In this document: positions 10,532 through 19,829 of the stretch, one piece after another | Position numbering within the stretch: position 1 is the stretch's first letter | Layout of the letters: each line of letters begins with the position of its first letter | From: a virus | Virus record (IMG/VR): IMGVR_UViG_3300036985_003303 | Location: 1-64,000 of that record | Length of the DNA: 64,000 nucleotides | Reading direction: 5' to 3' (one strand) | Notes under the pieces: model-generated | Database searches by the model: none | The model's input: only the letters and a program-made list of their open reading frames with translations | What the model was told of the DNA's origin: nothing | Translations under genes and position numbers: made by a program

Positions 10532-11317
10532 TTAATCTTCCTCCATGTCAAACAACTCGCTGTCATCCAACTCATCGTTGTCAAACGGACTGTCTGTAGG
10601 TGCATTTGCAAAATCGTCATCTTCTTGCTCTTTTGCAACTGAATCATCATCATCAACTCCGTCATTAAGAGCTGCATTTTCTGTTACAGACTTAGACTTT
10701 GTGATGTGAATGTTTGCATCAAACTTGGTAACAAGACCTCCTTCAAGTGCAAACGGCTCAGCAGCATCTTTTTTCTCTGGCAACCACATGTAATATACTG
10801 TGTATCCGCCAGCATTCTGACCTTCTGTAGCACCAATACACCAAGAGAAATACTTGTCTTTGAGTAATCCACTACGAACTACACCTGCAAGCAATTGCTC
10901 CCATGTATCAAATTTACCATCGTTGGCTTCCAACCATGCATCACCACCAACTGTAGTCAATAGTTTTTGAACAAACTCAAGAATTTTAGCTGATGCCAAA
11001 ATCTTGTAAGGCTTTCCTGTTTTTTTTGAAACGCCTTCACTTGTTCTGATTGGCCAGTTAGAAAACTGAATCTTTTTTGTTTGACCAAGGTATTGACCTT
11101 TACTTGCATCACCAAATACTTTATCAAATCCTACAAAGTCACCACCGATTGGGCGGCTTTCTACTTCAATAAAGATTTTGTATTCAGGATTCTTAGGATC
11201 CTTTGGTGTTTTTACTTGTTCAATAGACAAGTTGTTGATTTTTGCCACAACATTACCTGGCTTTAGTTCTTTGGAGATGTGATTTTTCTTAACTCCTTTT
11301 GTTGAAATTCCTGACAT
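10532..11317 (-). CDS. Putative single-stranded DNA-binding protein
   Basis: Very acidic C-terminal tail ending ...ELFDMEED; lies between AAA ATPase and primase. Confidence 0.55.
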   Translation of the reverse strand: MSGISTKGVKKNHISKELKPGNVVAKINNLSIEQVKTPKDPKNPEYKIFIEVESRPIGGDFVGFDKVFGDASKGQYLGQTKKIQFSNWPIRTSEGVSKKTGKPYKILASAKILEFVQKLLTTVGGDAWLEANDGKFDTWEQLLAGVVRSGLLKDKYFSWCIGATEGQNAGGYTVYYMWLPEKKDAAEPFALEGGLVTKFDANIHITKSKSVTENAALNDGVDDDDSVAKEQEDDDFANAPTDSPFDNDELDDSELFDMEED

Positions 11318-11352
11318 AACTTTTCTTTTTTTTACTAGTTAATAATTACTGT

Positions 11353-12153
11353 TTACTTAATATAGATTTGGTCCCAATGAGTAACCAAATTATCTTTCTC
11401 ATCATATTCACTGATAAGAATTTCCTTTCCTTCTAATCTTTTGATTTTACAACCAGCTAAGACATCATCACTTGGCAAGAAACATAAGTAGTTTGCTTTA
11501 CCAATGCGCGTCATATAAGCAATGGCTTGTGCCTCTGCTGAAATAGATTGTTTGTTTTTACCAATCAAATTTACATCATGTGATGTCAATTCCGCACCTT
11601 CTTTTAGGATGTTGGTTTCTTTGACATGCGCAATGTAAATAATATTGTCAGCACATTCTTCAATCATCTTGGTGATTTGCTTGAATGCTTGGCGTAGATA
11701 CTGATACCCTGAACCATTTGGCAAGAATAAAATACTGGTGTATTTAGATTTACCACATGTTGGTAGTAATCTATCTGTTGCCTCATCTTTTTTAATCCAG
11801 CTTTCTTTTCCCATTGGAGTTTTCATGTATAGTCTTTCTGCTTCCAGAATACATAAGTCTTCCAATTTAGTTAAGGTATCAACTGCAATGTACTGATATG
11901 GTTTACCTGCAGCTTTGATTTTCTGTAAGACTTTTTTCAAATCATTTAATGTTGGGACATACATCACCATACCATCAGCGGTTTGAATCTTATCTTCAAG
12001 GTTAATCACTAAGCAGTTTTCCAATCCAGCAATTGCTGTTGTTTTACCAATCTTTGGTTTACCAAAAACTAGTAATGGACTAGGGTTGATAAGCTTACTT
12101 TTAGTAGGCTTAGTCGGTAGAATAAAGTCTTCTACTTTATTTTCATCACTCAT
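11353..12153 (-). CDS. AAA_24/Sak4-like recombination ATPase
   Basis: Walker A GKPKIGKTT, IAVDTLTKL, IIYIAH. Confidence 0.8.
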   Translation of the reverse strand: MSDENKVEDFILPTKPTKSKLINPSPLLVFGKPKIGKTTAIAGLENCLVINLEDKIQTADGMVMYVPTLNDLKKVLQKIKAAGKPYQYIAVDTLTKLEDLCILEAERLYMKTPMGKESWIKKDEATDRLLPTCGKSKYTSILFLPNGSGYQYLRQAFKQITKMIEECADNIIYIAHVKETNILKEGAELTSHDVNLIGKNKQSISAEAQAIAYMTRIGKANYLCFLPSDDVLAGCKIKRLEGKEILISEYDEKDNLVTHWDQIYIK

Positions 12154-12165
12154 CTTAATTACTGT

Positions 12166-12684
12166 TTACTTTTTTACTATTTCGTTTAGCCATTTCTTCA
12201 TACTCACTGGCTTACCTGTAAGTATTGCGGCTAAATCCCTAATCGTTAACTGGTCAATTGGCAAATCCTGATCTGGATCCGGCATATCAAACTCATCTAT
12301 TTCAGATGCTTCACTTGTACATACAATTAGTTCCTCTACAGGAATGATGTACCTGATTGTGTGATTTGCTGAATGCGGTTCAGTAACTCTATATTCTTGC
12401 ATGTAATGCGGATTGTATTTCCATTTATACAATGTGCGCGATTCATCTTCAGAATCATAATCTCTGCTCACAAATTCAGTAAAGATGTCTTCTCCTTTCT
12501 CAATTTCACTTGGGAAAAAAGATATAACTCTCTCACCTGAATCATAATAAGCCATCTTAGGTGAAAAGACTGGATCTTTTGCGCCTAGTTTAGCGAATGT
12601 AGTTTTGTGATAAGATTTTAAAATTTCAATCTTTGCCTTTTTGTCCAAGGTTTCTACTGTATTTTTCTTTGTGTTTATACTCAT
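12166..12684 (-). CDS. Hypothetical replication-module protein
   Basis: 172-aa ORF in the operon. Confidence 0.7.
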   Translation of the reverse strand: MSINTKKNTVETLDKKAKIEILKSYHKTTFAKLGAKDPVFSPKMAYYDSGERVISFFPSEIEKGEDIFTEFVSRDYDSEDESRTLYKWKYNPHYMQEYRVTEPHSANHTIRYIIPVEELIVCTSEASEIDEFDMPDPDQDLPIDQLTIRDLAAILTGKPVSMKKWLNEIVKK

Positions 12685-13676
12685 TACTTTTTAGTTTGAA
12701 TTGGTTGTTGATCTTGACCAGGCGTTTCCATTTCACTAATTGACATGTTATGAAACTCTGCTTTAAAGAAACTCATACCTACTTCACCATTCCTGGATTT
12801 AATCCAATGGAGAACAAGAGTATTTTCATCTTCAATTATAAATCTATCAGGTCCATAGTAACTAATAAATCTTTTTGCTGGTCTGTTGATTCCTACAACT
12901 AAATCTGCATGTTGGACAAGTCCATCACCCCCGTATATATCAGACTCTAAAATGTAGTTACCGTATTTACCATTCTCATTTCTTTCCGGTCTGTCCGTGT
13001 CCCTGTTTAACTGGGTAAGTAGAATGAATGCAATAGGAAATTTCTTTTTTAGTTCTGTACACACTTCACCAAGGTTTGCTAATGTTTCCTGCTTAGAGGC
13101 TTCATCTGCGTCCTTCTTGATTAATACGGAGTGGTCAAGGGTTATGACGGTGTTATGATATGAAATCTTACCAGCGTCATTAGTTATTGAAAACTCTTTC
13201 ATGTATTCAATAATCTCAGTTCTGAATTGTTTTACCGTTACTGATTCATCAATGATGTCAATTGGATATTTAGATGCTTCTTTAGCATACTTGTGACATA
13301 GATCAATTATATCATCTGATACAACAATATCTTCTTCTTCTGCACTACATAGGTATCTGTAAGTTTCTTTGGTTACTGATGAAAACTCTCTGAGCTTTGT
13401 TGTTCGTCCGAACATTTCCAATTGAAACTGCAGCACTCTTATGTTGAGCCCAGGGTTTAATTTAAAACCTTCTCTTACAATTTGGTCTACCATTAAAGTT
13501 TTACCTGATGCAGGTCTAGCACCTATAACAGTAATGGTATTAAACTCAAGACCGTTAAGTGTTGCATTGTTGAATTTAGGCCAAGGTGTTTTGTAACTAG
13601 GAATTAATCCCTGTTGCTTACCTTTCATGTATTTCAATGCATCTTTGTAATGTTCTTTATGGCTTTTCCACTTCAT
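12684..13676 (-). CDS. dnaB: DnaB-like replicative helicase (C-terminal ATPase domain only)
   Basis: GARPASGKT, TLDHSVL, LTQLNR, DLVVGINRP, KSRNG. Confidence 0.9.
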   Translation of the reverse strand: MKWKSHKEHYKDALKYMKGKQQGLIPSYKTPWPKFNNATLNGLEFNTITVIGARPASGKTLMVDQIVREGFKLNPGLNIRVLQFQLEMFGRTTKLREFSSVTKETYRYLCSAEEEDIVVSDDIIDLCHKYAKEASKYPIDIIDESVTVKQFRTEIIEYMKEFSITNDAGKISYHNTVITLDHSVLIKKDADEASKQETLANLGEVCTELKKKFPIAFILLTQLNRDTDRPERNENGKYGNYILESDIYGGDGLVQHADLVVGINRPAKRFISYYGPDRFIIEDENTLVLHWIKSRNGEVGMSFFKAEFHNMSISEMETPGQDQQPIQTKK

Positions 13677-14212
13677 AAGATTTTAGTTTTAAAGTATTTT
13701 TCTTTGGTATAACTTTCATTGTTAGCTATCTTGTCACAGTAGTCAGCTAAGTCTGAATGCACAGTCCTTGTTCCATCATCTTTGCGAATGAAATACAAGG
13801 CGGTTCTCATATACAGATAGTTTTTAGCACGGTATTCAGATACATACATGATTGTTGCATCTTGAATAACTTGCCATGAGTAATTGTAGTTCTCAAAAAA
13901 CCATCTGAAATTAGTTTCAATGTTCTTCTTGTTACCTCTGGCGTATTTACCATTAGGTAACTTGGTTGTAGGAAATATCTCTATGTAATCATCAATTTGA
14001 TTTGGATAATCTTTTCCCATTAAGTCATCTAACTTTAACTTTTTCTTTGTTGCAAATAGTTCATCAATGCTTTTTAGAATTTTAAACTCACGGCTGTCTT
14101 CTGGAAGATCACCTGTAGTGTACTCTAAATACATTTGAATGTACTGTTTTACAGTAACTTTGTGATACTTTAGTCTTTCAAATAGACTGCTTTGTTTGAG
14201 ATTATTTTTCAT
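13673..14212 (-). CDS. Hypothetical protein (possible helicase loader/initiator)
   Basis: 179-aa ORF overlapping the DnaB start; function inferred from position only. Confidence 0.55.
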   Translation of the reverse strand: MKNNLKQSSLFERLKYHKVTVKQYIQMYLEYTTGDLPEDSREFKILKSIDELFATKKKLKLDDLMGKDYPNQIDDYIEIFPTTKLPNGKYARGNKKNIETNFRWFFENYNYSWQVIQDATIMYVSEYRAKNYLYMRTALYFIRKDDGTRTVHSDLADYCDKIANNESYTKEKYFKTKIL

Positions 14213-14239
14213 AGAAAGGACTACTAAGATACAAAACTT

Positions 14240-14836
14240 TTACCAACTGATGGCAGAAATTCCTTTACTTTCTAAAATTAAATTTACATTTTCATCAAAC
14301 AATTTGTACAATGCATTTGATTTCCAAATAGCATGTGACTGTTCTGGTAAGAACACTTTGTTTCCATGTCCATCTTCATTTACCATCTCTGAAAAATCAC
14401 TTGCTTCAAATCCAACAAACACATATACAATGTCAGGTATGTTTGAAATTAAGTAGTCAATGAAATAGATGTTGAACATACGCCAGTCTTCCATCATTTG
14501 ATCTGTTCCTACAGCTGTTCTTGATAGATTGTAGAACATTACACCTTGATTGGTTAAAAGTTCCGGAGATATAAACTCTGAAGAAAATTCCACAGGTCCT
14601 TTAGAAATTACCAATACTTTTAGATTTGCTGGACTCATAGTAGTAAAGTCACTGAACCAAGATTTCATTGGAGGCGTAAACGGTTTACCATTAGATACAC
14701 CTGCAATCAATTTGTCCAACATCTTTTCAAATGTAGGTTTATCAAACTCCTGTAATAGGAATTTACTCCACGGGAACTCCGTGTATTTTTCTTTCTGTTT
14801 ATTTATTATATCTTTGGAGTTAATATTTGAACTCAT
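14240..14836 (-). CDS. Uracil-DNA glycosylase-fold protein, catalytic motifs degenerate
   Basis: W..LL.EF.KP.F, LKVLVI, QGVMFYN, W..F...I..L, VYVFVG..A and C-terminal I.W follow family-1 UNG order; GQDPY and HPSPLS absent. Confidence 0.65.
   Translation of the reverse strand: MSSNINSKDIINKQKEKYTEFPWSKFLLQEFDKPTFEKMLDKLIAGVSNGKPFTPPMKSWFSDFTTMSPANLKVLVISKGPVEFSSEFISPELLTNQGVMFYNLSRTAVGTDQMMEDWRMFNIYFIDYLISNIPDIVYVFVGFEASDFSEMVNEDGHGNKVFLPEQSHAIWKSNALYKLFDENVNLILESKGISAISW
14809..14816 (+). promoter_or_regulatory. Bacteroidota -7 promoter box for the lone plus-strand gene
   Basis: TATCTTTG (TAnnTTTG) ending 18 nt before the ATG at 14835. Confidence 0.55.
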
Positions 14837-15137
14837 GGCTAAAAAAATTGTTACTGTTATTAAAGAAGACACTGTTGTAAGCATAGAAGTGTCTGGTGCT
14901 TATTATCAACGCGTCTATGATTTGATGGCAAGGTTATTAGAACAACAACCTGATCCGAAGCAAGCTTTGATGAACATTGATACTCCTACCAATGAAACTC
15001 CGCTTACTATATCTGAAGCAGTTATTCAAACTTTTATGATGCTTATAAAGTCTGTTGAAGACGAAGCAAATAAAGATTTGAAAAAACACACAACAGATGT
15101 TGAGTTAGATATTAAAGAAGATCCTTCCGAAAGTTAA
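14835..15137 (+). CDS. Acidic 100-aa hypothetical protein, antisense to the replication block
   Basis: Start MAKKIVTVIK at 14835 with its own TAnnTTTG box; fills the gap between two minus-strand genes. Confidence 0.7.
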   Translation: MAKKIVTVIKEDTVVSIEVSGAYYQRVYDLMARLLEQQPDPKQALMNIDTPTNETPLTISEAVIQTFMMLIKSVEDEANKDLKKHTTDVELDIKEDPSES

Positions 15138-15507
15138 TGTTGAGGAAGTCCCCAATCAAGTACATCTTTTCAATGACATCGGACAAGTCTTGTCTTGATA
15201 GATCTGCAAATGACTTATAGTATTTTTGCTGATCCACATAATAAGTCAAACCGCACTGGTCTTTGATGTCCTTTTTAGTTTTCTTGATGTCCTCTCCTGT
15301 TTCGTCTGAGATTTCTTTAATCATTACATGGATTTTTGCAAGTTGTGCCTTGGTATTGTTAGGCTCTACTGCTTCCATGATGCATTCTATCTCATCATCT
15401 TCAGTCAATTCGCGTATGAATTGATTGAATCTAGTTTTCATCAGACCATCTTTAGGAATAAGCTTTCCATTTACCATTTTGAATTTGATGACACAGGTCT
15501 TTTTCAT
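15112..15507 (-). CDS. NinB/DUF1367-like recombination-associated protein
   Basis: QLAKIHVMIKEISDETG...KSFADLSRQDLSDVIE pattern. Confidence 0.45.
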   Translation of the reverse strand: MKKTCVIKFKMVNGKLIPKDGLMKTRFNQFIRELTEDDEIECIMEAVEPNNTKAQLAKIHVMIKEISDETGEDIKKTKKDIKDQCGLTYYVDQQKYYKSFADLSRQDLSDVIEKMYLIGDFLNINFRKDLL

Positions 15508-16022
15508 GCGGCTGTTTCATTAACTCTGGTTACTTGACAACTTTCCATTGGTGAACTTTCAATAAAGTTTTCTAACGCGTCATAGTTAAATCCACTTGGA
15601 CAATCTTCATCATCATCTTCTTCTCGAAATCTACATTCATCAATTTCATCTTGAGTAGGTGATTGTTCATACAAACTTTTTTCTCCGTCACTGATTTCAA
15701 ATGTGTACTTACCATATAGATCCATTCCTGGTTCATCATAGCTATAAGTAAATTGCAAGTCAAACAACTCTGCAATTCTTACTATGTCATTTGGAATTGG
15801 TGCCCATCTGGATTGAAATGAAAGCGTAAGATAGTTATCTCCTTGGTCTAAGGTGCTTATTTCAAACATGTATCCGTCAATTGAACCGTCTAGTCCAAAT
15901 AATAACTGACCATGGCCTGTTTTTTCTTGCATATCAATTGTTTTTTCAAACAATTTGTAAAGATTTTCTACATTTTTTTGTTCTCCGGTAAACTCTACAT
16001 TATTCCAACACCAATTTGGCAT
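15504..16022 (-). CDS. DUF1281/YubB-like ferredoxin-fold protein
   Basis: MPNWCWNNVEFTG N-terminus and FQSRWAP, YDEPG motifs. Confidence 0.7.
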   Translation of the reverse strand: MPNWCWNNVEFTGEQKNVENLYKLFEKTIDMQEKTGHGQLLFGLDGSIDGYMFEISTLDQGDNYLTLSFQSRWAPIPNDIVRIAELFDLQFTYSYDEPGMDLYGKYTFEISDGEKSLYEQSPTQDEIDECRFREEDDDEDCPSGFNYDALENFIESSPMESCQVTRVNETAA

Positions 16023-16061
16023 ACTGTTTATTTTTAAGGTTCAACATCTGGGTTTATGTAT

Positions 16062-16565
16062 CTAATAGCGTTCCTTCTTATCTCTCTTAACTGCAAAGAC
16101 GTAGCTATTCCCTGTCCTCTTTCTTTCTTTCTTTTTCTTTGAAGAGGACTCTTCATTTTGTTCTGTGTATTCGTCAAGTGCAACTTGCTTAAATAATCCA
16201 TGTTCTTGTCTATCTTTTCCATAAGCTGTTAGTGGGTAAATTTGATTTTGAACAAAGTTGTTGAAATGTTTTGAGATAAACTCTTTATGTCCTTCAACTG
16301 GAATGTAATTGTTTATATAGTAAAAAACTGTTGCATGATTAGTAACATTAATAATTTCTGCAATTTGTTCTAATACTATTTCAGGATAGATGAGCTTAGC
16401 TAATTTGACAGCATGATATTTCATGGCAACATAGTATCTATCTCTCCTATTTACTTTAGCAAAGTATCTTTGCAATTGTCTTAAATCTGGATAGAGTTCG
16501 TACAAATCTTGGTCATTACTAACCAAGCCGCTGTAAAAAAACTTATTTATCATTCCGTGATTCAT
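16062..16565 (-). CDS. DnaA domain IV-like helix-turn-helix protein
   Basis: LEQIAEIINVTNHATVFYYI resembles DnaA SL..IG..FG.RDHTTV. Confidence 0.55.
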   Translation of the reverse strand: MNHGMINKFFYSGLVSNDQDLYELYPDLRQLQRYFAKVNRRDRYYVAMKYHAVKLAKLIYPEIVLEQIAEIINVTNHATVFYYINNYIPVEGHKEFISKHFNNFVQNQIYPLTAYGKDRQEHGLFKQVALDEYTEQNEESSSKKKKERKRTGNSYVFAVKRDKKERY

Positions 16566-16833
16566 AAAACTTCCTTTCTTCTTTTGTTAGTTCATTGTAT
16601 TCATATACTGGTGGATTCAGCATTTGTTCTTCAGACTCATAGTATGGTTCTGTTTTGCTGCCAAGTATTCCGCTACTACGCGGTGTTATTCTTTTTATGC
16701 AGCCTTCATCAATAATGATTTGCTCTACTTCAAAAATGCTCATGTCTTTATACCTGGCTATGTCTTTTACAGAACTACCAGTTTCATACATTAAGCCAAT
16801 TCTTTTTTTTGAGCGAGCACTGAGTTCAGGCAC
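16543..16833 (-). CDS. Hypothetical protein with HTH-like N-terminus
   Basis: MYETGSSVKDIARYKDMSIFEVEQII. Confidence 0.5.
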   Translation of the reverse strand: MPELSARSKKRIGLMYETGSSVKDIARYKDMSIFEVEQIIIDEGCIKRITPRSSGILGSKTEPYYESEEQMLNPPVYEYNELTKEERKFYESRNDK

Positions 16834-17114
16834 TAAGCTAATTTAGGATTCAGTATTTCATCCAGTTCTGCGTCTAATGCATCAAATTCTGATTGTTCAA
16901 TAGGAACAAATCTGTCTGGATTGAAATAGTGATAAGGAAAACAGTCTTCTCCGAGGGTGATTTCATCAAGTACAAAGCCGAGTGAGTTTGATGATAGTAA
17001 CGGCTGTGCCTCTACTAATGTGTAGATAGAACCTGCTTGTACCCATTTTTCTTGTGGGATTTCTGCAGGTTTATTCTTATCATTGATGCACATAATTTTC
17101 ATTGGTAAACTCAT
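16833..17114 (-). CDS. Hypothetical protein
   Basis: 93-aa ORF overlapping neighbours. Confidence 0.65.
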   Translation of the reverse strand: MSLPMKIMCINDKNKPAEIPQEKWVQAGSIYTLVEAQPLLSSNSLGFVLDEITLGEDCFPYHYFNPDRFVPIEQSEFDALDAELDEILNPKLA

Positions 17115-17323
17115 AATTGTCTTCCTTGTTTAATTTGGTTTAACTCTTCTTCATCTTTTTCTGCTAACCATAAATCAAAATCTGTTTCAAAATCACCATA
17201 CCAACCTGACATTACTTGTGTTAAGAATGTCTTGAGTATGTTTTCACATTGCGGTTTACTATAACCGTAGTCATCTCTTAGTAATGCAACAATGTTATCG
17301 GGTACTTCGACTTTAATTGTCAT
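17111..17323 (-). CDS. Hypothetical protein
   Basis: 70-aa ORF with ATGA overlaps. Confidence 0.6.
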   Translation of the reverse strand: MTIKVEVPDNIVALLRDDYGYSKPQCENILKTFLTQVMSGWYGDFETDFDLWLAEKDEEELNQIKQGRQL

Positions 17324-17616
17324 GGTGTTTGCAATTTGATTATCTTCTGTAAGAACAATTCATTCTCTCTTTTCAGATCTTTGATGCGGTTATCTTTATC
17401 TATAAGTTCAACCTTCAACTTTCTGTTTTTAAGAATAAGCGCGCCTTTTTCTTCAGCTTTCATCAGATCTTTCATTTCACTTATCTCTGACTGGAGCATT
17501 CCAATTTCCATATTGAGATTACAATTGGATTCTTCCAATTGTTTTTTCTCAAACTCTAACCAAAGAACCTTTTCTTCAGGAGTCTTTGGTCTTAAATTCA
17601 TTAATGTATCATCCAT
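17320..17616 (-). CDS. Coiled-coil hypothetical protein
   Basis: Heptad-rich 98-aa ORF. Confidence 0.6.
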   Translation of the reverse strand: MDDTLMNLRPKTPEEKVLWLEFEKKQLEESNCNLNMEIGMLQSEISEMKDLMKAEEKGALILKNRKLKVELIDKDNRIKDLKRENELFLQKIIKLQTP

Positions 17617-17618
17617 CT

Positions 17619-17840
17619 CTACTGTATTAATTCAACCTTGAGGTTGTGATTTTCTAAATTGTTTTTTATGTCCAGTAGTTCCATAAAATCTCCACTCTTA
17701 ATAGTTACCTTCTTGTTGTTATGTGCAATCAATACACATTGATCCGCTTGAATAGGCATGTGTTCACAGTACCTAATCAAACATGCTTTAACAAACATGA
17801 AACTATTCTTGTCATCATTATGTAATACTAGCTTTGCCAT
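17619..17840 (-). CDS. clpS: ClpS-like N-degron adaptor (Bacteroidota type)
   Basis: KLVLHNDDKNSFMFV..CL...C.H...QA.QC.LIAH..K.VT.K.G; likely start MAKLVLH at 17840. Confidence 0.8.
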   Translation of the reverse strand: MAKLVLHNDDKNSFMFVKACLIRYCEHMPIQADQCVLIAHNNKKVTIKSGDFMELLDIKNNLENHNLKVELIQ

Positions 17841-18909
17841 TGTACTTGAATATTTTAGTTTTATCAAAATCTTTTAATGCACTCTTGCACCAATAGTAAT
17901 CCACTGTGTCCGCATAGCACAGTAAATGTACAATACTTTTTTCATTTGGATTAAGTCTTAGAAACCTACCAATCTTTTGTTTGAGTTTCTTTTCATTGGC
18001 ATACGCATGCATTATGATACCTACCTTTAAGTTGGGTATGTTTGCACCTTCAGCTATCTGAAGCACTGAACTTAATTTACTAATTTTTCCTGACTTAAAC
18101 AAATCTAAGTACTCTTTTGATCTAGGTTCTTTAGAATGATACACATGTTTACAGATAAGATCCGCTTGTTCAGTATAGTCTGTGAAGACTAATGTCTTTT
18201 CTGTTTGTTCATTAAGCAATCTTTGTGCATAGTCAACCTTTGTTTTGTATGACTGCATTGCTTTTAAACGCATGATCCGTTGTATCATCTTTTTCTTTTC
18301 ATCTTTAGCTTGGTCAATGAACTTAGTCCACATGTTGTAGTTTGCTACTTCAGACATAAGTCCTCCGCTTTTAGTACGCACTGAAGGCTTACTGTTTAGC
18401 TCAAGCAAATGAACATAGATCCGATAATCATTAAGCATGTGATCAGCAATACCATCACTGATCTCATACTTATAAATCACAGGACAAAACTCATCACAAA
18501 CTTTAAATGATTCAGATGTTTTGTATTTAGGATAACTTCCAGTCAACCCTAGTATTGGGCCGTCATATAATCTCAACCAATCACCGTGCTTTTTCTTAGC
18601 GTTGTGACATTCATCAAGATAAACAAAATCATAATTGTAATTAGCTTTATGTAAGCTGATGTACGTTATGAATTGCATGTGTGGTATCAGATACTCAAGC
18701 CCATGTTCTTGCGCCTGACCTATCCATTCTTGATGAATAGATATTTTAGGTGCGACTACCAAGAACAATGATGTATCTGTATATCTTTTTGCCATGTGCT
18801 TGAGGCCTAATAAAGTTTTGCCTGCACCTGTACCCAAGATAACACCAGAATATTTCCTTGTTCCTATAGCTGTAAGACATGATGCTTGAATTTCTGATTT
18901 CTTATTCAT
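17818..18909 (-). CDS. Superfamily 2 DExH helicase
   Basis: GTGAGKT, LDECH, LGLTGS, AEGANIP, QKIGRFLR. Confidence 0.9.
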   Translation of the reverse strand: MNKKSEIQASCLTAIGTRKYSGVILGTGAGKTLLGLKHMAKRYTDTSLFLVVAPKISIHQEWIGQAQEHGLEYLIPHMQFITYISLHKANYNYDFVYLDECHNAKKKHGDWLRLYDGPILGLTGSYPKYKTSESFKVCDEFCPVIYKYEISDGIADHMLNDYRIYVHLLELNSKPSVRTKSGGLMSEVANYNMWTKFIDQAKDEKKKMIQRIMRLKAMQSYKTKVDYAQRLLNEQTEKTLVFTDYTEQADLICKHVYHSKEPRSKEYLDLFKSGKISKLSSVLQIAEGANIPNLKVGIIMHAYANEKKLKQKIGRFLRLNPNEKSIVHLLCYADTVDYYWCKSALKDFDKTKIFKYNGKASIT

Positions 18910-19205
18910 GTTATTAATGTATTTTTATTGTTAAAGTATCTGTTAGCATCCATTGACAGTTGCTTGTTATAACATAACAATTATTTTCATCTAAAAAATC
19001 TTCAGGAGATTCCCATATATTTTCATCATAAGAATACACATTTACTCTTTGTGTTTCATAATCCAAAACTATTAATGTTTTTTTCATAACTCTTTTTCTA
19101 CAGGTTCAGGTGTACATACATGACCATCACTCCATTTAATACCTGGAGGTGGTGTTGTTTCGGGTGAGCTGTACTTAGTACCGCATTCACTACATACAAA
19201 TTTAT

Positions 19206-19421
19206 TCATAGCCATCTTAAATTTTCTGGTGGACATTTAGCTCCGGTATCTCCTTCATGGAAACGCGCCCATATACCGCCATCTCTTACTGTAGAAATAA
19301 ATCCTACCTCGCAATCAGGATGGTCTTCATCTATTGCATGAGGTGGCATGTATAATACAGGTGCACCTAAGTCTTCAAACTTTACTTCTCTCCCTTCAAT
19401 AAATACTTTATCTTCTGACAT
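19206..19421 (-). CDS. Hypothetical protein
   Basis: 71-aa ORF in gene run. Confidence 0.6.
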   Translation of the reverse strand: MSEDKVFIEGREVKFEDLGAPVLYMPPHAIDEDHPDCEVGFISTVRDGGIWARFHEGDTGAKCPPENLRWL

Positions 19422-19427
19422 ACTATT

Positions 19428-19829
19428 CTATTTTAAAAATCCTAACTCTCTTGCTTCTTTTGGATTAGCATGTACCCACTGGTGACATGCCCGGCAGGTA
19501 GCAAACCATGTATCAACTCCTAAAAAGTTATCACCTGTTCTATATGCAGCGTGATGAATTTCAGTTGATTGTTTAGTGCAATCAGCAGTGTTGATTTGAC
19601 AAACCGGATGTTTTTCTAACTGAACCTTTCTAAGTTTAGTATATAGTCCATCAAGTTTTTTCTTTTTGTCGCTAACCTTTTTGATTTGTGTTCGCGTTGG
19701 CTGAACTTTTACATCCTGTTTGAATGCACAATCTTTACAAAGTTTATAGCGAGTGCCATCAACAGTTACATTCTTGTAAATGTATTTTTGTTGATGACAC
19801 CCGTTACATTCCTTCATCTTGGTAATCAT
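19428..19829 (-). CDS. HNH-family endonuclease with Zn-ribbon
   Basis: CNGC...CKDC and CQIN...EIHH...TCRACHQWVH. Confidence 0.75.
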   Translation of the reverse strand: MITKMKECNGCHQQKYIYKNVTVDGTRYKLCKDCAFKQDVKVQPTRTQIKKVSDKKKKLDGLYTKLRKVQLEKHPVCQINTADCTKQSTEIHHAAYRTGDNFLGVDTWFATCRACHQWVHANPKEARELGFLK

